From: Pyrinomonadaceae bacterium
GTDB taxonomy: Bacteria > Acidobacteriota > Blastocatellia > Pyrinomonadales > Pyrinomonadaceae
Length of the DNA: 64,000 nt
Direction of reading: 5' to 3'
Assembly (NCBI GenBank): GCA_036726305.1
Contig: DAIMCP010000020.1
Location: forward strand, 2,995-66,994
The notes under the pieces were generated by a model. That model was not told the origin of the DNA and did not search any database. It was given only the letters and a program-made list of their open reading frames with translations. The first letter of the stretch is position 1, and every line of letters begins with the position of its first letter. Positions 58,788 through 64,000 of this stretch are shown piece after piece. The position numbers and the translations under genes are program-made.

Positions 58788-61625
58788 ATGCAGTACTCCA
58801 CATTAATTCTTGTGGCACTCTTCCCATTTCTTATTCCAGTGGCTCTGGCGCAGCAGCAACCCGTGGGCGCCACGGAAGATACTACTCGACACGCTAACGA
58901 TCTACTCAAACTTAGTGCCCAACAGAATTTCGAAAACCATGCGGTAGCACTGCAAACTGCACAACAGGCGCTAGTACTATGGCAAAGTGTGGGAGATAAA
59001 GGCGGAATCGCTCGCACTTATGACCAGATTGGTCGCTGTTACCTGGTGCAGAGCAAATTGCCAGACGCGACCAAAAACTACGAGCAGGCGCTCCAAATCT
59101 GGCAGGAGCTGAATAACAACAAACAGGTTGCTTCAACCTTAATAATGCTTGGATTTATTGAAGTCCGTAAGGGCGAATGGTCTGCTGCTATTTCCCTCCT
59201 TACCCAAGCCCAGAGTTTGCTGGAAGAAAATGACGCGAGCCAGCTTGGTCAAATCTCCGCAGCCTTAGCTGATATTTTCAATGAAAGCGGGTTACCGAAA
59301 GACGGGCTCATTCACACGCGCCGCGCACTCGAATACTACCGACGCACGCCTGACGAACGCGATGACAAGCGCATGATCCTCGATATCGGTAAGAGCTATT
59401 TTCTGCTGGGGAAGTACAGCGAAGCCTTGGCATATATCCAACAAGCGCTCGACAGCTTTGCCCCGGACAACCTTGATTCAGCCGACTGTCACGAATCCCT
59501 CGGTCGAGTCTACAGCGCCACCGGCCAACTCGATCTGGCGCTCGAACACTTGCAAGCTGCCATCCCCGTCTATGAACGAATCGGAAATCCCGCGGAAGCA
59601 GCGCGCGCCCGTGCTCTGGTCGGACAGGTCTATTATCAAATGGGACAGTTGGAGCGGGCGCGGCACACTTACCAGCAGGCGCTCTCAGCCTTTCAACGCC
59701 TGTCCGATCAGCTGAACGAATCGGCGCTTCATTACGCGCTTGGTCGCCTGGAATTGAAGCGTGGTAACTACGACGAGGCGGAACAGTATTTGCGCCATTC
59801 CATCGATGAAACAGAAAACATCCGCCGGATTCCTGCCAGCCGCGACCTAACGGCCGCCTTTTCTGCCACCGTGCACGACCGATATGCAGGTTATATCGAG
59901 TGCCTGATGCACAAGCATCAGATCAATCCCTCAAAAGGTTTTGACGTCCTCGCTCTCGAGACCAGTGAATTGGCGCGGGCGCGCTCGCTTGCCGAGTTTT
60001 TGCGGGATACGCAAATCACTGCGGTTGGAAACCTCGAGCCAGAGCTGGCAGCTCAGGAAAAAACAATACGGCAATCACAGCGGATTAAGGAGGACTATCG
60101 GGTTGCGTTGTTAGCGAGGAATTACAAGAAGGAGGAACTCGACGCTCTGGATGCGGATTTGCAGCGACTCGAAAAAGAGTACAAGCAAGTAAGCGACACC
60201 ATCCGAGAACGTTATCCCTCGTTTGAACAGATTACGCGACCTACGGCGCTAACGCTCTCTCAAATCCAGGCGCAGGTGCTGCGGGACGATCAATCCATCC
60301 TGCTCGAATACAGCCTGGGTTTGGACCGCAGTTTCCTTTGGGCCGTGACGCGTACGCAGGTTTCGAGTTTTGAGCTGCCGGCACGCGCGGAAATTGAAGA
60401 CCTTGCGCTTCAAGTCTACGGATCGCTTACGGCGTATCAGCCCAAGTCGGGCGAAACGCCGGCTCAGCGGAACGAGCGGGCCGCTTTATCTCTCACGCAG
60501 CTGCCCGGCCAACTCGCCGGGCTGAGCGAGATTTTGTTGCGGCCGGTCGCCGCCCAACTCGGAACGAAACGTTTGATAATCGTGGCAGACGGAGCCCTGC
60601 AATACATTCCCTTTCAAGCCCTTACCTTACGAACTCCAGGACGGGCCGGGCAAGGTTATGATACAGGTCGGGCTCTGCTTTGGGATCACGAAATCGTCAA
60701 CGAACCTTCAGCGTCAACCCTAGCCCTGTTGATAAGCGGCTCTGCGCAGCGAGCACCCGCCAGCGGCACGGTGGCTGTACTGGCCGACCCTGTTTTCGCA
60801 GCGGATGATTCGCGCGTCAGGACGCAAGACCCTGGTTCAACTTTGGTCCCGTTAAAACCGCTGCACAATGGCGAACTCCTGGCGGCATTGCGGGATATGG
60901 ATGAAGATCCTGCAGATCAGAATATTCCGCGCTTGCTGGAATCACGAGTAGAAGCCGATGCCATTATGTCCATTGTCCCCTGGCGCACGGGATTCAGAGC
61001 GACTGACTTTAATGCCAATCGCGAAATCGCTGCGAGGAATGATTTGGGGCAATATCGAATTGTGCATTTTGCGACCCACGCTTTCCTAAATAACAAACAC
61101 CCACAGTTTTCAGGAATTGTGCTTTCGCTGGTGGATCAAAATGGACAGCCACAGGATGGCTTCCTGCGCTTACAGGACATCTACAACCTGAAACTCCCCG
61201 TTGATCTGGTAGTACTCAGCGCCTGCCAAACCGGGCTGGGCAAAGACGTCAAGGGCGAGGGCTTGATCGGGTTGACGCGCGGTTTTATGTATGCGGGGGC
61301 TTCGGGAGTAGTGGCGTCGCTGTGGAAAGTAGATGACGAAGCGACCGCGGCATTGATGAAACATTTTTACGCCGGGATGTTTGAGCAGGGCCTGTCCCCG
61401 GCGGCGGCGCTGCGTCAAGCGCAGCTTGCGGTGCGGCGCGAGAAACGCTGGCAGGAGCCCTATTACTGGGCTGGGTTCGTGATCCAGGGGCAATATGCCA
61501 ACCAGAGACCGGCTGGTTTTCAACTAACTCCCGCGGTAAAGGTCACAGCTCTGGTTGGCGCGACGATGATTTTGTTCTTATCGGGATTTTTTGTGTTCTG
61601 GCGCAGACGTAGACGGAATCTTTAG
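58788..61625 (+). CDS. exported TPR-repeat CHAT-domain (caspase-fold) protease with C-terminal membrane anchor
   Basis: Signal peptide (LILVALFPFLIPVALAQQ). About 350 aa of TPR. CHAT core with 'IVHFATHAF' (His) and 'DLVVLSACQTG' (Cys), then 'YWAGFVIQG'. C-terminal TM (ALVGATMILFLSGFFVFW) followed by RRRRRNL. Confidence 0.85.
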   Translation: MQYSTLILVALFPFLIPVALAQQQPVGATEDTTRHANDLLKLSAQQNFENHAVALQTAQQALVLWQSVGDKGGIARTYDQIGRCYLVQSKLPDATKNYEQALQIWQELNNNKQVASTLIMLGFIEVRKGEWSAAISLLTQAQSLLEENDASQLGQISAALADIFNESGLPKDGLIHTRRALEYYRRTPDERDDKRMILDIGKSYFLLGKYSEALAYIQQALDSFAPDNLDSADCHESLGRVYSATGQLDLALEHLQAAIPVYERIGNPAEAARARALVGQVYYQMGQLERARHTYQQALSAFQRLSDQLNESALHYALGRLELKRGNYDEAEQYLRHSIDETENIRRIPASRDLTAAFSATVHDRYAGYIECLMHKHQINPSKGFDVLALETSELARARSLAEFLRDTQITAVGNLEPELAAQEKTIRQSQRIKEDYRVALLARNYKKEELDALDADLQRLEKEYKQVSDTIRERYPSFEQITRPTALTLSQIQAQVLRDDQSILLEYSLGLDRSFLWAVTRTQVSSFELPARAEIEDLALQVYGSLTAYQPKSGETPAQRNERAALSLTQLPGQLAGLSEILLRPVAAQLGTKRLIIVADGALQYIPFQALTLRTPGRAGQGYDTGRALLWDHEIVNEPSASTLALLISGSAQRAPASGTVAVLADPVFAADDSRVRTQDPGSTLVPLKPLHNGELLAALRDMDEDPADQNIPRLLESRVEADAIMSIVPWRTGFRATDFNANREIAARNDLGQYRIVHFATHAFLNNKHPQFSGIVLSLVDQNGQPQDGFLRLQDIYNLKLPVDLVVLSACQTGLGKDVKGEGLIGLTRGFMYAGASGVVASLWKVDDEATAALMKHFYAGMFEQGLSPAAALRQAQLAVRREKRWQEPYYWAGFVIQGQYANQRPAGFQLTPAVKVTALVGATMILFLSGFFVFWRRRRRNL

Positions 61626-61698
61626 GTACAATGCCGCGGACACAACTAACGCGGCTTCCGGTCTCGCTCGAAGGCTATACCTTCGCCAGAACGCCCCC

Positions 61699-62250
61699 AT
61701 GAAGAAAGATTGGATCCTAACCCAGGAACTGTTCGACGAACTCTTGTCGTGGCTCAACGCTGATCGCGAACAAGCCGGACACGACTATGAAGCGATCCGC
61801 CGGCGACTCATCAAGCTCTTTACCTGCCGAAACTGTTACGAATCTGAGGATCTGGCCGACGAGACCATTAATCGCGTGGCCAATAAGATCGCCGAGATCA
61901 AGGACCACTTTGAGGGACCGCGGGCACCCTATTTTTACGCGGTAGCCAACAAGGTTCATCTCGAATACCTGAGACGAAAGCCCGAGCCCTTCTTGCCTCC
62001 TTTACGTCCGTCAGAAGACATTGAGCTGGAATATGCTTGTCTTGAGCAGTGCATGGAAAGGCAGACACCCTCGAATCGTAAGCTCGTGCTTGAATATTAC
62101 CAGGGCGAGAAAAAAGCGAAGATTGATCATCGCCGGAGTTTGGCCGAAGGGTATGGAATAGCGCTAAATGCCCTGCGAATCAGGGCCCATCGAATCCGTG
62201 CCTCGCTCCAGGAATGCGTGGAGAACTGCCTAAGTCAGGCGACAGCATGA
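61699..62250 (+). CDS. ECF-type sigma-70 family RNA polymerase sigma factor
   Basis: 183 aa from the ATG at 61699. Region-2-like 'EDLADETINRV' and region-4 HTH 'LAEGYGIALNALRIRAHRIRASL'. Divergent from the consensus, so the family call is moderate. Confidence 0.65.
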   Translation: MKKDWILTQELFDELLSWLNADREQAGHDYEAIRRRLIKLFTCRNCYESEDLADETINRVANKIAEIKDHFEGPRAPYFYAVANKVHLEYLRRKPEPFLPPLRPSEDIELEYACLEQCMERQTPSNRKLVLEYYQGEKKAKIDHRRSLAEGYGIALNALRIRAHRIRASLQECVENCLSQATA

Positions 62251-62342
62251 AATACCCCGAAGGAATCCGGCATTAAGTATAGGGACTGTTTCGCGGAAAG
62301 TGGCCACCCTTGAAAGCGGAAAACAAACAGCAGGAATCAATC

Positions 62343-63137
62343 ATGCTTTACCTCCTGGGACTATTGCGGCCCGAGGACTCGACCTCTGTGGAAGAGCGGC
62401 TGGTGGCGGACAGCGAATTCTACGACGAAGTGCTGATTGCTGAAGACGAGTTGATTGACCAGTACCTGGCCGGTGAGCTTTCGGAGGTTGAGCGCGAGAG
62501 ATTCGAAAACCACTTCTTGCTCGTTCCTGAGCGGCAAGGCAAAATGCGTTTCGGACGGGCTTTGAACAGGTATATCAGTGCCGCGGACCCATTGCCGGAC
62601 GAGAATCCGGTTACCGAGGATGTAGCCGACGAGACTCGCCCGGTCCCCAAACCGCCACCGAAGCCCTGGTACTCAATATTCCTCCCCAGCCAAAATCCGG
62701 TCCTCTCGTATTCTTTGGCTGCCGCTGTCGTGATAATTGTCGCCGGTATATCCTGGTTGGCTTGGCAGAACTTTAGAAATCCGCCTCCAACCTCTGGCGA
62801 ATTGCTCGCCGTGACGCTTAGGGCAGGAACCACACGCGGCGACGGGGATGTTCAACGGATTTCAATTCCACCTGGCACGAGCACGGTGCAACTGCGGCTC
62901 TCCCTAACGAAAAGTGACTACCCTAAGTACCGCGCCGTTGTATTGGGAGAGTCTCGATCGCCGGTTTTGATTATTAACAATCTGCAACCGCAGATTGCGT
63001 CGGGTGCACTCTTTGTCGGGATGAATGCTCCTGCCCACTCCCTGCCTCCAGGTGATTACCAGGTAAAGCTCAGCGGTCAACTCTCGAATGGCGAGTTTGA
63101 AGACCTGTCCAGCTATCGCTTCCGCGTCGGTCGTTAA
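62343..63137 (+). CDS. single-pass membrane protein, putative anti-sigma factor (non-ZAS)
   Basis: Immediately follows the sigma gene. N-terminal 'YLLGLL.PEDSTSVEERL..D.EFYDEV..AEDELIDQYL.GEL...ERERFENHFL'. One TM (LSYSLAAAVVIIVAGISWLAW). About 115-aa extracytoplasmic domain. No HxxxCxxC motif. Confidence 0.5.
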   Translation: MLYLLGLLRPEDSTSVEERLVADSEFYDEVLIAEDELIDQYLAGELSEVERERFENHFLLVPERQGKMRFGRALNRYISAADPLPDENPVTEDVADETRPVPKPPPKPWYSIFLPSQNPVLSYSLAAAVVIIVAGISWLAWQNFRNPPPTSGELLAVTLRAGTTRGDGDVQRISIPPGTSTVQLRLSLTKSDYPKYRAVVLGESRSPVLIINNLQPQIASGALFVGMNAPAHSLPPGDYQVKLSGQLSNGEFEDLSSYRFRVGR

Positions 63138-63140
63138 GTG

Positions 63141-63162
63141 TCTGGCCTTCCGGTCAGATTTT
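63141..63162 (+). terminator. candidate rho-independent terminator closing the CHAT/sigma/anti-sigma unit
   Basis: TCTGGCC-TTCC-GGTCAGA followed by TTTT, 4 nt after the stop at 63137. Confidence 0.5.
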
Positions 63163-63448
63163 CCCCTTATCCCGGTAACCATGAGTGCTTCTTGAGATTG
63201 GTTGACATTAAGTAAGAAGACCAGCGGGAGAAGCGCACGTCACCCCTTGAGATCGATATCGAATTCTTTGATATCGGCGGGACGTTGGGGGATCTTGACG
63301 CGCCGGGGAGATTTCCCAATTCAGCAGTCCTTATATGTATCAATTCACTAACCGATAGCGTACCAAGGAATCATTGAAGGAGCATTGAAAAGCGCCCAAG
63401 TGAGGTTCCTGTCAAATTTTTGATCTCAACAATCCTAAGTGCATTTGA

Positions 63449-64000
63449 ACCGTTGTTGGGCCTGCCAACAGATATTTCCTCGGAGCGCTCGCTCCCAAGA
63501 ATAACTCTCAATGGCACGGGCCCTGGGATTGTGCCGAGTTTGTTTCCTGGTGCGTTTTTCAGGCCGGCGCAAGTCTGTACGGCTGCGATTCAAACAACGG
63601 AAACCCCGCGGGCGCGGATGCGTACACCGGATATTGGGCGAGAGATGCCGAGCAACGTGGAAGGAGAATAAGTCTGGCCGAAGCGGCCCGAACTCCAGGC
63701 GCGGCGATCTTGGGAATCCCGCGCGGTTCGGCGAATGGACACATAGTCCTGTCTGATGGAGCGGGTGGAACAATTGAAGCCATGTCGCCGGCTCAACGCG
63801 TGAGGCGCCACACCATAACTAACAGAAGATGGGACATGGGAATCCTGGTTCCTGGCATATCGTATGAAGTAAGCCAAGGTACTAACATCGCTGAATCACC
63901 CACTGTTTACCGGATTACGACGCCCTTCATGCGAGGCGATGCGGTTCAGAGGATTCAACAAGCACTATTGGAAGTCGGAATCGATCCAGGGCCTGTAGAT
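63449..64000 (+). CDS. NlpC/P60-CHAP-like cysteine peptidase with peptidoglycan-binding domain (3' end outside window; 5' start unresolved)
   Basis: My own translation of the frame not listed in the track, which is open to the window end. It gives '..RYFLGALAPKNNSQWHGPWDCAEFVSWCVFQAG...GHIVLSDGAGGTIEA...' and then 'MRGDAVQRIQQALLEVGIDPGPVD' (PG_binding_1-like). No ATG/GTG/TTG lies between the upstream stop (63446) and the catalytic Cys. Confidence 0.5.

Noticed and set aside
63240-63390. Short frame translating to 'LEIDIEFFDIGGTLGDLDAPGRFP', resembling HAD hydrolase motif I.
   Set aside because: It has only about 50 codons, no start codon or RBS, and no downstream HAD motifs. It is at best a gene remnant and possibly a chance match.
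63446-63475. In-frame TGA followed by a small hairpin (TGTTGG-GCCTG-CCAACA) upstream of the NlpC/P60 catalytic region; considered as a third Sec codon.
   Set aside because: No start codon exists upstream in that frame, because further stops lie at 63401 and 63386. The TGA does not align with any catalytic Cys. The hairpin is too close to the TGA compared with the two convincing cases.

Overview
This is a 64-kb chromosomal segment from a moderately GC-rich Gram-negative bacterium. The gene content looks Acidobacteriota-like: a GWxTD protein, tamB directly upstream of a long multi-POTRA bamA, a short EgtB-type sulfoxide synthase, and many TPR/CHAT/ECF genes. That assignment is inference only. 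I call about 45 protein genes. I saw no rRNA, tRNA, CRISPR array, transposase or integrase. The left third is envelope and housekeeping: tamB-bamA-surA-like, patatin, PBP1A, acpS, pgeF, rlmN, GWxTD, tatC-tatA, nitroreductase and an ATP-dependent ligase. The rest is more accessory-like and rich in thiol/selenol redox, protease and regulator genes. Main points follow. (1) The organism appears to decode UGA as selenocysteine. Two genes are mis-split or truncated in the ORF track at in-frame TGA codons that sit exactly at catalytic Cys positions, each followed by a SECIS-like hairpin. One is a secreted peroxiredoxin (26095..26646, minus strand) and the other is selD (45140..46171). (2) selD is followed 23 nt later by an EgtB/SenA-like sulfoxide synthase. 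This is a possible selenoneine-type pairing, but no senB-like glycosyltransferase is in view. (3) A terminator-bounded unit encodes an exported TPR-CHAT protease, an ECF-type sigma factor and a membrane anti-sigma-like protein. It is flanked by a clostripain-like (C11) peptidase gene and an NlpC/P60-type wall hydrolase gene. (4) An S8 protease carries 16 perfect GIVMTGAD octapeptide repeats that are kept identical at protein level despite synonymous DNA divergence. It lies downstream of two STAND/SARP-type regulator genes. (5) A perfect 24-bp inverted repeat is inserted in frame in lhr. All domain calls are by-eye motif recognition. No searches or computations were run.
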